Made by a program: the position numbers and the translations under genes. Positions 42,026 to 59,436 of a DNA stretch of 64,000 nt are shown here, in pieces; position 1 is the stretch's first letter; each line of letters starts with the position of its first letter. This DNA comes from Intoshia linei. Its lineage: Eukaryota; Animalia; Orthonectida. The stretch lies in the NCBI GenBank assembly GCA_001642005.1, contig LWCA01000027.1:12682-76681 (forward strand). Reading direction: 5' to 3'. Below the pieces are notes generated by a model, which saw only the letters and a list, made by a program, of their open reading frames with translations, made no database searches and had not been told where the DNA came from.

Positions 42026-42312
42026 AGAGGTGGGAAGCATTTATTGTTCGAAGGCCGCACCTTTATAAATAAAATTTAATCAAATACAAGTGCTTCTCAT
42101 AGGGGTGACTGGTCCCCCATGGTGTGAATAATTTTATTAGGGGGTGAATATGAAGATTTTAGATGATTGGAGGTGAATGATAAATTTTTAGCATATTTTA
42201 TTCAATTTTGTAAAATCTTATGAGAGGAAACCTAATTTTACCAAAAATAAAATAAATTTAAATTGTTAAGAGGCCGCACCAAATCGTCAATAAGGTCGCA
42301 TTTCCCCACCTC
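42026..42312. mobile_element. hAT-like MITE (family also at ~12900-13036)
   Basis: Ends agaggtgggaag...ttccccacctct. The left portion matches the reverse complement of 12910-13036. Confidence 0.6.
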
Positions 42313-43227
42313 TTCTCTAAAGTATGGTCGTCATTCTTCGCGGCTCGGAAATAGTCTAAATTACAATAAATTGACAAATTTTAAAATGGCATCCAGACTC
42401 TGGATTCCAGTTATTTATTTCAAATCCAAGTTGATTTTTGGTTGATAAATAAAAAATTCATTTGCGGTAATAAATCGAATTAATTTAAATTTTGGTCAAT
42501 ATCACGCATTGCAGTGCACGCTGGTCGGAAAATTGATTTCGTTGTGAATACATTTTTAGAATATAAATCCCCTGAAATTTTGTCAAATAAAATAAAAAAA
42601 TTGACATTTTTTGTAAAACCATGCTCTCACAAATATTTTCCAGATTAAAGGCACCCACGTACAATTTTTCATACCCTTGATTTATATTTTGAAAGACAAA
42701 TTCCATTTACAGTTTAACAAATAGTGTAACTTTAAATTCCTTACAAATTATAACTTTTGAATACTGCGACATATTTCTGATGTCATGATGAGTTAAGAAT
42801 TTACTTGAGAACTGAAACTGTTAACTAATTTCATTTTCATGTAAACGCACTTGCATAACGTACAAACTACCTTACAAAAAAATTCAATAAATCGAAAAAT
42901 GGTACGTTTGCAACTTTAACATTTTAATGTGTCATTATGAATTTGCGAATAAAGTACATAAGTTATCAGGAAATAGGATCAACTAAAATAAAGTAAACAA
43001 AAAATACTAAGACATGCCTATTCCATTTTAATTTTAGTTATACCATTACGTCCACTGATCGTAAATTTTTGAAACAATAAGGAATACATCATTGCGTCTT
43101 CTTATTCACTAAGCGCCTTTGTAACGTCATTAATTTAAATTTAATGATGCATAATTTTTATCATTTCAATATTATGAATAATAAAAATATTCATAAAGTG
43201 TTTATTAAATGTAGGTATCTTAGGCAT

Positions 43228-44237
43228 TTAGATATAGGTAAGATTCGGTTCACTGATCAGAGAGAGCATTCTTTGTTTTCTAAAATAAATTACAATACAA
43301 TGAACCGCGTCAACCTTTTTTCTCTTTTTAGGTTGGCCAATCTGTTCAAAACTGGAAGTACTTTCCTCCACAAATACAAAAGAGTCACTAGAATGTTTGT
43401 CTGACTTTTCATCTACTTTTTTATCGAGTTTGCGTATTGGTAATTTAACTGCTGCTTGATTATCAAAAGAAGCTTCTACGACTGCATCAACTTTTTTAAC
43501 TATTGCATTTGTCGCCACGTTTTTCTTGATTGGTTTTTTCTTTTTCTTTTCAACAATCTTATCCTTTTTTTCCTTGGTAGATTTGATGATTGGATCAAGT
43601 ACTACTGGAATAATGACAGGTGTTGGTGCCACCTTTTTCAATAACATCTGTTTAATTTTATCTTTTTTAGTTTTAGACTAAACGTGAATTTAAATAAAAA
43701 ATAATGTTACCTTTTTGATGGGTTTGGCCTCCATGTTATCATCAATCTTTAAATCTTTAAATTTATTGTCTTCCAATGTATTGTAAATTTTACTCTTTTT
43801 CTTCACTTTATCTTTTTTCTTTTCAGGCTTATCCGTTTTGTCAATAATCTTTGTTTTCGTAATACACCATTCTAATAGTTAGTTAAATAATTATAAATAA
43901 GATTACCTCTATCCCCAAATTCCACATCTTCCTGGTTGGATTGGTTAAGACGCTAAAGTTATTAGTATTAGTATAAAATGGTGCAAACCATTTCGACTGA
44001 TTCGGTTTTTGATTTTAATTCTACCACTGGTTCCGGTTTTAGGACAATCTCAACTTCTTCCCGAACAATAATTGGTTTAACAGTACATTTTTTTGTCTTG
44101 GGTTTTTTTTTAATAGTTAAAAACTCATTAGTCTCTTGAGGACGATAAGAATATGCCATTTTTAGGACAACACATGCGACAACAATAAATACACCGTAAA
44201 AAGTGGTCAAATTACAATACTGGATAAGATAGTCCAT
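43228..44237 (-). CDS. Lys-rich single-pass membrane protein (topology like RRBP1/kinectin/metadherin; orthology unproven)
   Basis: N-terminal TM FYGVFIVVACVVLKMAY followed by K/E/P-rich low-complexity exons separated by ~35-nt GT-AG introns. The 3' end is uncertain. Confidence 0.7.
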
Positions 44238-44324
44238 TTTTGGATAAATTTAATGTTTAATTAACTAGGTTAAAGTTAATTTTGTTGATTTTCCATAGTA
44301 ATAGTCTAAATAGATAAAGTAACA

Positions 44325-47300
44325 TTATGCGTGTGGATTTGGCTTGGAAGCACCATTCATTAATTCTCTAAACAAATAGTAACATGGATATGATCACGGA
44401 ATACTCATATTCAATAGTTTGACTGTTGTCTTCGTCAAGGTTTTTCAACAATGCGTCCATTTGTCGCTAATAATGTAAATAAATGAAGCGTAAACAATTT
44501 ATGTAGTATACGTTGGTGAGGCGCAGACCCAAATCTTTTAGTCCGAATTTCAATTCTTCTAGGGTTATATGACCAGATTTGTTTGTATCAAGTTGGTAAA
44601 ATAAATCCTCGATTCGATCATAGTTTTTTTTAATAAACGTATCAAATGTGACTATCACTGCTCGGTTAATCTTCGAATACCTTTCGCTTTTGGTTAAAGT
44701 GTATATTATTTTTTTATCTACATATGTTGCATTCGTTTTTTGAATGAGTTTAATTAATTTTGAATTGAGGCTAATATCCTAAATTTATTAGCCATGTACC
44801 AATAATTATAATTGACTTACCTCTATTCCCAGCAATTTTAGACAAGTATGTTCTTTGAATACATTGATCAACTTTATGATACTTTCTTCTCCAAAATTGT
44901 TCATTCCCACCTAAAATTAATAAGTACATTACAACTGAATCAAATTACCAAAAACGTTTCCAATTTCTCATTTTTATTTAGACCGGAGGCTATGTAGTTG
45001 GCACACTCATCGTCTAATCTGTTGTGACTACATTTTTTGATAAAATTTATCATAAATAGATAAATAAATAGCTATAATAAAATTACGTTATATCGAGAAC
45101 ACGTAGTGTTTTATTTATTCTTAAAGATTTGGCGACTAAATGGTGTAATTTAAATTTGAAAAATTTCATGTTAAAATGATCAAAAAAAGTACGTTCCAGA
45201 GCCCCTTCAATGGCCAGTCCATTCCAAGATAAATCTACAATTTCTAAGCTAGTGTTTTTCTAAATTTGTAAAGATAAGAGTAAGTACTATTCACCTGTAA
45301 TACGTTGCATATTGCTGAAGCTCCTTTTCCTCTGATACAGTTCCAACTCAAGTCTAAATCCGATAGGTAGACGTTTTTTTCCTAAGAAAAATGTATTTAT
45401 TCTATTGATTCTTTAATAAAATCAAATTACCAAGCCATTTGCTAGTAGAATACCACCTAATTCTCCGAAATAATTGTAACTCAAATCTAGAGAAGCCAAA
45501 GACATGTTCCTTGTCAATGCACTTGAAAGTCTCATAGCGTCTTTATCGGTAAGTTGATTTCCTAAACATAGTCATTGGTGTGATATACGCATTTGATAGG
45601 GTTCTAAAACTGCTTATGGAATCTAGGGTTGGATATATTAGAAGTTTGTTTAAAAAGTCATATTCAATTGTTTCAATACTTTGATGATTAATCCGAAAAA
45701 TAAGTGAATATTTACTAGGGCTACGTTGCGTAAAAAAATTTGAAAAATTTACCAAGTGCTGTTCAGAAATTGAAAAAATAAAAATTTGTTGTCTTCATAA
45801 TTTTGAATTATAAAAAAATTACACATTGTTACACGTTAATAGTAAATAACTACATTTTTATTCGATTGAAATGTTCAAATAAAAACAAAAAAGTATTTCC
45901 TTAATTTCAAAGATAAATATCCTAATTATTAATGTATAATATATTTACCGCTCAAATAAAGAACTTTTAAAGTTGTATTTTTTTCAAGCATGCTAAACAT
46001 TAAATTTATTATTAATTTAATTAATAATAATGCTAATGAAACAAAAATTCCCTCTATATAAATGACTACTAGCATCATTCTCTCTATTTTTTCGAAATTG
46101 AGAATTTATAACTATAGAACAGTGTTTCGCAATTTTTTTTTCGCTTTGAACCATATTTTATTCTAAAACGTTTTGTGGTCAATGTATATGTTTTAAACTT
46201 TGTAAAATAATTATGGTTTCAACGATTGTCTTTTTAAATGAGCTTCCCATAAAATTACCAGCCTTCTCCGAATATTACCCTTAAAAATCCAACTTACCTC
46301 AGTATGAAATAAAAAGATTTTATTTATGTAAATTTATCATCACAAAGTATATTATAGTCACATAATATAACAGTCTAATAGCGATAATAAAAAATGTTAA
46401 TGGATATATTTTAAGTAATATATTATAACTATATGAGCAGAGCCGTCTTAAGCCACTTCAGGGTCCTGGGCTAAGCAAAGGGCCGGGGCCCTTTAAAATT
46501 TCGAGCGAAGCGATAAAAAAAATTAGATCCCCTGTTTAGAAGACACGGCATACTGTTAGTTCAAACTAAGAGTCTTATTTCATTGAGTATTAACAAAAGC
46601 ATTAAAAGATATTATGTAGGTCTCTAGTAACTTTTATTTATTTTAAAAAAACCTACTTACATTATTTTATGAACAAAGTTTACTTTTTCATTTGAAAATA
46701 TGTACCATGCAGTCACAAAAAACTCTTGACAATTCTTCACAAATGTTGTTTTCTCACTTTTTTTTTGAGAGAAATCAGATATGATATTATCAAAACTGAT
46801 ACCATTCTCAATTGACATTAATGAGAGCGCATTCAAACGAGGTTGAGCTAAGCAATTTCGAAGTTCATTTTTAATTATTTTTAAGTTTAGAAAAAGTTCA
46901 CACTTGAATAAACTTCAAAACTTATAATCTGATTCTTAAGATATAAATGTGAAGTATTTTTTAATAAATTAGGGCCTCTTTTTAAGATATAAATGTAAAG
47001 TACTTTTATTAATTTATGGTCCTTTTTTAAGGAGGGGTCCTGAGCTACAGCCCATATTGCTCATGCCTTAAAACGGCTCTGTATATGAGGACTAGTAAAA
47101 TTTTTCTGTGGACCATTGGAAGTCCACATGTACCACCTTGAGAATCACTTTCATATAATCAACAGAGAAACCTTTAAATTAATGGCTAGATTACAATAAA
47201 ATGTTAATTTTAATACAAATTGTAAAGTTTAATACAAAATAATTAAAATCTATTTTATCAAAAATACATTTTCAATTTTTATTTTAATTGAAATATTTAA

Positions 47301-50300
47301 AAAATATTTGTTAATAATATATTAAAAATTATTTTTCACCGGTAATGCGTAGATTTTAGGGGTTGAAATTTTGTATTTATATCAACTGGAATAAGCTCTA
47401 TCAGAATAATCTTTTTTTTTTCATTTTCGGATCGTTAATTATTTTACATTTTTTATTAAATTTATTATACATTTATTATTACATTTTTAATATAATATTT
47501 CGGAAAAAAATATACACTTTTACATTTTACATTATTTGTACATGAATACTAAAATGCTTTTTTGACGTGAATTCGTCATTTATTCGGATTGAATTTTTTG
47601 TGTATGTTAACAGGATACAATTGTACCATTGGTAATTTTTTTTACATTTTAGGGCCGTTTTCATATAAAAAAAGGGTAATTTGGGGTTTTGGTCATGAAT
47701 ATGTAACTTTTTTAAATTTAAATTAATGATAATGTTTATGGTTTTAAAATCCGTATCAGTGTATATACTTTATTAAATTCTTTAACTCGTTTGATTTTCA
47801 AAAAAAAGGACAATTGAGGTTTTTGACCAGTAAGATGTGAGTTTGGAAGGTTGAAATTTACCTTATTATCACCCCAGAAAAAACTGTAATTGAAATGTGG
47901 ACTTTATAAAATTCTATGACTAATAGTTATTGAAATAAAATGAAACACATTGTATAAGTATGGATTATAAATATAATTGTTATCATAGTTTTTATTTTTA
48001 AATTTGATATTAAGTTGGTATAATGTAGGGTTCCGACCATTTTCACGATAATAAATTGTAATATTTATAGCGGACCATTAAAGCGAAATTGCTACTATTA
48101 AAAAAAATTTGATTAAAAAAGTTAAAAAAATGACTTCTAATTAGTAAAAAATTTCTCACAATTATTTCGCGAACCGGTAAATAATTTTCACGGAACTGTA
48201 CTACTCCGCGGAGTAGCATTTTGGAAACGTTGGTATAATAAAAAATTCAATATAAATATAAATAATATAAATATTGCTTGGAGTAGCAGTATAAGGAAAT
48301 TATCAAAACATTTATGCGACGTCTAAATCTGAAAAAAAGTGATGCATTTGATAAAAATCGAACGAACAAATTTTACATTTAAGATTATTCTTTTACCAAC
48401 AATAGAGAAGATGTAAATTGGGATAAACTTGCATTAAAAAATTGCACGAACACTGCTGCTCTCATATAGAAGAATTGCCATCTCCCCATCCATCTAAAAT
48501 AGCGCGGTTACCTAAAATGTATTTCCAATACATTGTTGGATCAATGAAACTGTGTATGAAAAAGTTGTTTTATACAAGACTACTTTTTTTGGTACCTTAT
48601 ATATTTTTTAAAACAACATTTATATTTTTCGGTACCACCTCTTCAAGTTTCTCTAACAAATGAGGTTGCTGAGCGTGCAATAAACAGAGTACAATACCTA
48701 TGAAACAGATCGTCATTCAAGTATATTGACGATTAACTAGTCAATGATACAATTAATAAACTTAATATATAAATATATAGAAATAATAAACAAAAAAAAT
48801 TATAGATGTGATTTATAGCAGCCATTCTCAACGGGGTCCACATCACTTTTTTGGGGGTCCATGAAAATTATATACATTTATTACATATTATCGACATTTT
48901 CAGTTAAAGATTAATATCGGGTTAAAGATTAATATTAATTGTTTATCAAGTTTATCATCTAGCAAAAATAAAGTACTCCATGTCTTTTGAACATCATTCG
49001 TTTCACCAAAATGTAATGATTCATTAAAAATTGTCATTATTATTAATTTTTTTGGGGTCCACAGCGAATAAGGGTTGAGAATGCCTGATTTATAAGATAT
49101 TACTCATACTACACGGTCATGTATTTTATCAATTTCTAAAATTCGACTAAAAAGCTAACGCTCTAGTGGTCATAATCATATAATTGTATTATGCGTGGCT
49201 AGGTTAGGATCCCGATTTGGACATTTTTTATTTATGATGAACTTATCTGAGTTCCTATCTGCCAATCGTTACAGTATGATTCAAATATTATAATTGTTTA
49301 TAAAAAGGATTACTCTGAGAATGCATTTAGTCCATTAGATTTCATGCAATTATTGGAAACGTTCTAAACATTTAAAATATAATACATCAAAATAATAAAA
49401 AAATAATATACGTACAATATTTACAATGAACATGTTTTCATTCAAAACTTTTGCTATTTCCTGAGAACTTTTTTCCATCAAATAATTATTGCTAACATCC
49501 AATTCTTCACATATAGTGTTTAGCTAAAATGCTATATTACATTACATGCGAACGTTTACAAAATGGGGTCCGTGAAATATTTTGTAGTAGCTTGACTGTT
49601 ATGTACTTTGTACAAACAACAAAAACAATAGATAGTTCTTCTTAGGGTTAATGTTTTAATTTTAAGACTGATTTTTTTAATTAACTTTTCGAATGGGATG
49701 TTAATATCTAAGTTTCCTTTTTATAAATTGAGTCCTTCATGATAAAAAACCTAATTTCGCATTTTTTTTTAATAATAAAATAACCAAATAATTTAAAAAG
49801 ACATATAATGTAAGTTGGGACGTGTTTTAAAAGCATTAACATTTTTGTAACTCTCACCTCAGAAACCCATTCATGATGAAAACCTCAAAATGAAATGTTT
49901 CAAAATGTTGTTTTAAAAATGAAAAATTTCCTAAAATTTTATAAAACTCTAGTTATACTTTAAACTTAAAATATTACTTAAACTTTAAATAATTTTATAG
50001 TTGTGTTTTAGTATTTAAAAATAGCATGGAGAATTTGGGGTATTTTCGCTGAAAAACTCAATTTCTGAAATCTAATTTGCGATAAAATCTAATCCTCAAA
50101 AAACTGCATTAGATATTGGTGTTTTTAAAACTCTACATATCTTACTTTCGTAAATATTATGGAAGACACAAAATTAAAAAACTGGAACCTTCCTTAATTT
50201 GGTTGGATTGTAAACTGGAAATTTGGTACAAAAAAATTTCCAAAAAAAACCCTTTAAAATATATACTAAAAAAAGTATTCCTAAAAACCCCGTTCAAAAT

Positions 50301-53300
50301 ATGGTAAAAAAAATTTCCAAAAAAACTTGTTTGTAAAATTATTTGGAAATTAAAACTAAAAGTATAGCCAGTTGTGAATTACAAAATAGTTAAGTATTTG
50401 ATAAATGTAGGCAGTTTCTATTACTTTGTAAATATAGCTAAATAAGTAGGTTAGTTGTACTAAATTGGTTGGTGGTTGTTAGTAAAATATTAATTTAGTA
50501 ACTAAAATGTATTAATATCTAAGATATATTTTGATTATAAAAGTACTTTTTTGACGGTGAAGACGTTACTTAGTGAAATCAAAAATTTTTGTGAGTTATA
50601 AGATGAGATAACTGTATGAACTGTATTTTTTTCAAAATTCCAGGACAATTTTAATTTTATAAAATTAGGGTCATTTGGGGTTTTAACCCTAAAGATATAT
50701 TTTTTTAATTTTAAATTTATGATAATAGTTGTGATTTTAAAATCTGTATCAGAGTGTATATTTTGTATTATTTATTATTATAATTTGAGTCAATTATGAA
50801 ATACATGTATTCATATTTCAGATTTAAATCAGGTGAAGCGAATATTAACTTTTCTATGCTAAAAATCTAATATAGTGTTGCTCATTGCACATGCGGGCTG
50901 ACCAAGGCCACATTTTCATTTATTATACTCCATCAGTTTCAAAAACGATAATTATCCTGTATGTTCTTCTTTTCAATATGAATAATTAGTCTAATATTTT
51001 AGTTTTTAATCCAATTTATACAAATTACTAAAAGTTGACACAATAAAATATAAGTTTCTTTTCATATATACAATAATTTTGACAATATTGTATATTGACA
51101 AAAAAATAACTGGGTGATGTAAATTGTTTATTTAGGTTTGTAAAATATTCTAAATTATTTAAAATTATTTCAATTTTAGAGGTTTTGGGTACATTTATAA
51201 AAGTTGTAAACAAATTAGCGTAGTTCCATTCATATCTTATGAATCCTTACAAAATGCTAATTTATAAATTTATTACCAGGAGGTTAATACGAGCGAAATA
51301 TTATATTATATGGAATACAAATATAATTTTTCATGCACAAAAATATTCTTTAAAGCCCCTAGGACCTAGGCCCTTATAGATTTTTTTATTTTAATAGTAT
51401 TTTTGATATTTAAATTAAATATTTTAAATAATAAATTCACCGATAAAGCCTTGGTAAATACTTTGGTTTGCATGGTATTGATATATCGATGACGTAGTTT
51501 TAATGAATCCTCACCGAATCGATTACACAGATATGACAATGGATATATATCTATATTATTTATGAAATTGAATGATATAGTAGTCCAGTGCTTTCCAACC
51601 AGTTTGACTGGACCCAAGTCACTTGGGGCACAAATTCCAATCAAAAAAAATTTTGCGACACAGCAATATAATATTAGAATTGAAAAAATTATGTTTTTAA
51701 CAATTTGTTACGAAATAAAATTGTTTGTTTCTTATCGAATAAAAATATGACATCAAACAGAAAATATGAAATTTTATGATATATTTTAAAATTAATGCAT
51801 AATTGGTGCATTTTTGTATACAAATTTATAAAAAATAATATTCATTAATACACATTATCAAAAATTCGCGACACATCGAGAATTGACTTGAGATTCATTG
51901 ATCAAGTTGAGAGTCTCAATTTGAGACACACATGTTGGAAAGCAATTTAGTAGTCGTTGATAACAAGCACACATTTTTATATAAGGTGTGATTTATATTG
52001 CACTTTTTTATCTTGGTATAATCCGTTATTACCTTATGTTGAACCGATATTTTCCCAAAAAAATTATGGTGAATTATTATCAATATTCACGTACATCACG
52101 TATGTATATCTCTTGACCGAATAACAATTTTAATAAAATTCATATATTGGTATCTGAGTAAGCAGAGCTGTTTTAAGAATCCCCTCCCTAAGAAGCCACT
52201 CATTAAAAATAGGTCCCAAATTAATAAAAAATACGCCACATTTATATCTTAAGAAACAGTTTATAAGTTTGAGTCCTCAATCAAAGTTCTGGTAATTATT
52301 CAATTTAAACTATTTTATAATATTTGCTTAGCCCACAGCCACGAAATGGCTTAAGACGGCTCTGTGAGAATTAATATGGATGAAATTATTTAATTTTTAT
52401 TAAATTCCTTTAGACTACTTTATTTTAATGATTAATTTTTTTTTTTTTTGACCAATTTTTTGATTATAGTAATGATAAAGATAGGTTTATAATACTACTA
52501 GATTGGCTGTTTCGTACTTTGTACAAAGAGAACCTGACTTTTCCGATTTTACAGCCAATTACTTTGTTTAAAGCTGATGATACTTTTCTAATTCAACCAA
52601 AAAATAAAATGTGGCATAAAAATATCACTATTCACCATTACCAATCTTTTAAAGGAATGGCCCACAAACGTGTCAAGACATTTTTAATATTTTTGAATTC
52701 TCAGACATTTAATTATATTAAAATTTTTTGTTTAATTAGTTCGTTGTATCACGTCAATAATAATTTTCAAAGTAAAATATAAATTTAGCCTGACAATGAT
52801 CATAAAATTAAATTTTTAAGATTATACACTTATTCTATCTAATAAATTAAAAAAATGGGATCACAGAATTGTTTTTAAAATTCTTTAAACAAAATTAATT
52901 AACAAAATAAAATTAAGTGGTAATACAGTGAAATCCGCTTATAAGAGACGCATCGGGACCAATCAATTTGTCGCTTATAATCGGACGTCTCTTATATCCG
53001 TAGAATGTATATCAAACGTAATGACGGGTCCATGTGAAACAAGTTTGGGAATCCCAAATATACAAATTAGAGAATCCCAAATTGGGATCCACTGCTTTAA
53101 AGAATTGGTAATAGTGAGTAGTAGAATGTTTAGTTAAGATTTTATTAATCAATTTATTTATTTGGTAAATTAAAAAAGTTGTCCCTCGGCAGAGTTATCT
53201 GCTGTTTGTCCAAACTATGTAACAGTCAAGCCAGTGAAACATAAAAGCTGTGGCATCTCTTTATATTAACCTTTAATATTTTTAATATCACAAAAATTAT

Positions 53301-54246
53301 AAACCACTTCTATTGAAAAGCGTTAAAATTAAGAGGGTGTGCTTTATTTCAACGATTACTTTATATACATCAATATTATAATTTTTAATGGAGGTGATTA
53401 TTTATCAGTGACAATTTTCTTAAAATGCATAGTGAGTTTTCACACATAAATTATAAGCATAAAATGACTAGGATAATTTTTTAAGAAAATGTTAAAAATC
53501 ATATTTTTTGCTGAGTTGATAAAATATTTTAATTTGGTAAAAAATTCAAAAAAAAATAAAAAAAAACTAAAAAAAATTGAACATGAAACCCTTTTATGTG
53601 CGTAAATATTAAAGGGGGAAAAATTAACCAAGCTCAAGAAAAATGATTAATGATCATCTCATGTATCTAATTTTACTCTCCTTCTTGCAATAATATTCAT
53701 ATAAATACTTTGCTGTGGGTTCATGTATTGGTTCTGGTGCTAAATTAAAATTTACATCAGATTGATATAATTTAACATGACATGTATCGTCTAATAAAAT
53801 GAAAATATTTTTTTAATTATAACGGCACAATGTAGCACTCAGTACTGTATTAAATTACAAGTTATTAAACTTTGTTCAAGATCTGTTTCATAGTTATCTT
53901 CTCCGGAAGACAAATTAGAAAAACGACAAATGCTTTCACTATCGTTTGTATCAATATCACTTTCAGAATCATCGAACTGTGCTAGAGATTTGTTTGATTT
54001 TTGATTTTTTTTAAAATAATTTTCAAATGGGATAAAATCTATAAAGATAAATGTTAAAACGACACTTGAAGATTGTACCCAAAGTTGGATTAAGTTCAGT
54101 TAAAAATAATGGGGGTGCAGATATTCTTTTATCTATAAATTAAGCAATATCGATAAATATACATGGAATATTAAATTACTGTGACCAGCCATTTTATGGA
54201 GATTTAAACTTCTTTTGACTTCTTTTCTATTGCTTAATTTAGTCAT
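44325..54246 (-). CDS. LRRC74-like leucine-rich repeat protein with a C-terminal EF-hand pair
   Basis: Acidic N-terminus ending NYETDLE, PLSYL..LKLRHR, RI-type LRRs (ELDVSNN, LDLSYNYFGELGG, LDLSWNCIRGKGA, VDLSWNGL), EF-hands DTNKSGHITLEE and DEDNSQTIEYEE. Many short exons; several kb of transposons in its introns. Confidence 0.82.
46438..47081 (-). mobile_element. hAT (Tip100/ZMYM-type) deletion derivative
   Basis: TIRs cagagccgtcttaag and cttaaaacggctctg. Identical 8-bp TSD tatatgag. Minus-strand remnant LKIIKNELRNCLAQPRLNALSLMSIEN..FDNIISDFSQKK is the hATC C-terminus. Confidence 0.9.
47290..47964 (-). mobile_element. Helitron-like family copy
   Basis: Reverse complement starts a|tccatacttata (A-TC 5' end) and is colinear with 55945-56540. 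Confidence 0.75.
48819..49087. mobile_element. hAT MITE
   Basis: TIRs cagccattctcaac and gttgagaatgcctg. TSD atttatag/atttataa (7 of 8 match). Confidence 0.8.
51586..51947. mobile_element. hAT MITE
   Basis: TIRs cagtgctttccaac and gttggaaagcaatt. Identical 8-bp TSD tagtagtc. Confidence 0.8.
52163..52364 (+). mobile_element. Short derivative of the cagagccg-TIR hAT family
   Basis: cagagctgttttaag...cttaagacggctctg. Internal sequence shared with 60517-61151. Confidence 0.78.
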
Positions 54247-54815
54247 TTGATTAAAATAAAAAGTCATTGCAATTTCTTTCATAAAATTAGTCTTATTAGA
54301 AAGTTAATCGACTATATTTATAATTGATTTAATCAAATGCATTTAATTATACAGTGCAAAAGGTACAATTGAATGAAGATTAACAATGCTAGTGCGTGAT
54401 TAATTAATTGAAAAAGGTTTTGGTCATTGCTATAAGAATCGAGTCTTAAAAAGGTGTCTCTGTTTATCAACTGTGAGACCCATTTAATGTGATATCTGTT
54501 ACAGATTCGTGACTGTTTACTGACAAATTGAAATTAGACTAAACTCAATTACGCATACATAACGGATTCCAATTATTTCGTCACACAGTAATATCAAACC
54601 TAGTAAATTTACTAAGTTGCATATAGATATAGTATGCAACTACCTTAGTAAAATTACAAACAAAACGAGTCTCGTTTCCCATTACTACAGATTAATTACA
54701 GAAACTGGAAATTGTGATTTTCACATTTCAAGCGTGACAATTGATAATAAATTTACTAGTACAATCTATGAGGAACATTTATTAAACTTTTCAAATAAAA
54801 ACAATACGTTACAAG

Positions 54816-59424
<4,609 letters not shown>

Positions 59425-59436
59425 ATTTATTATAAA

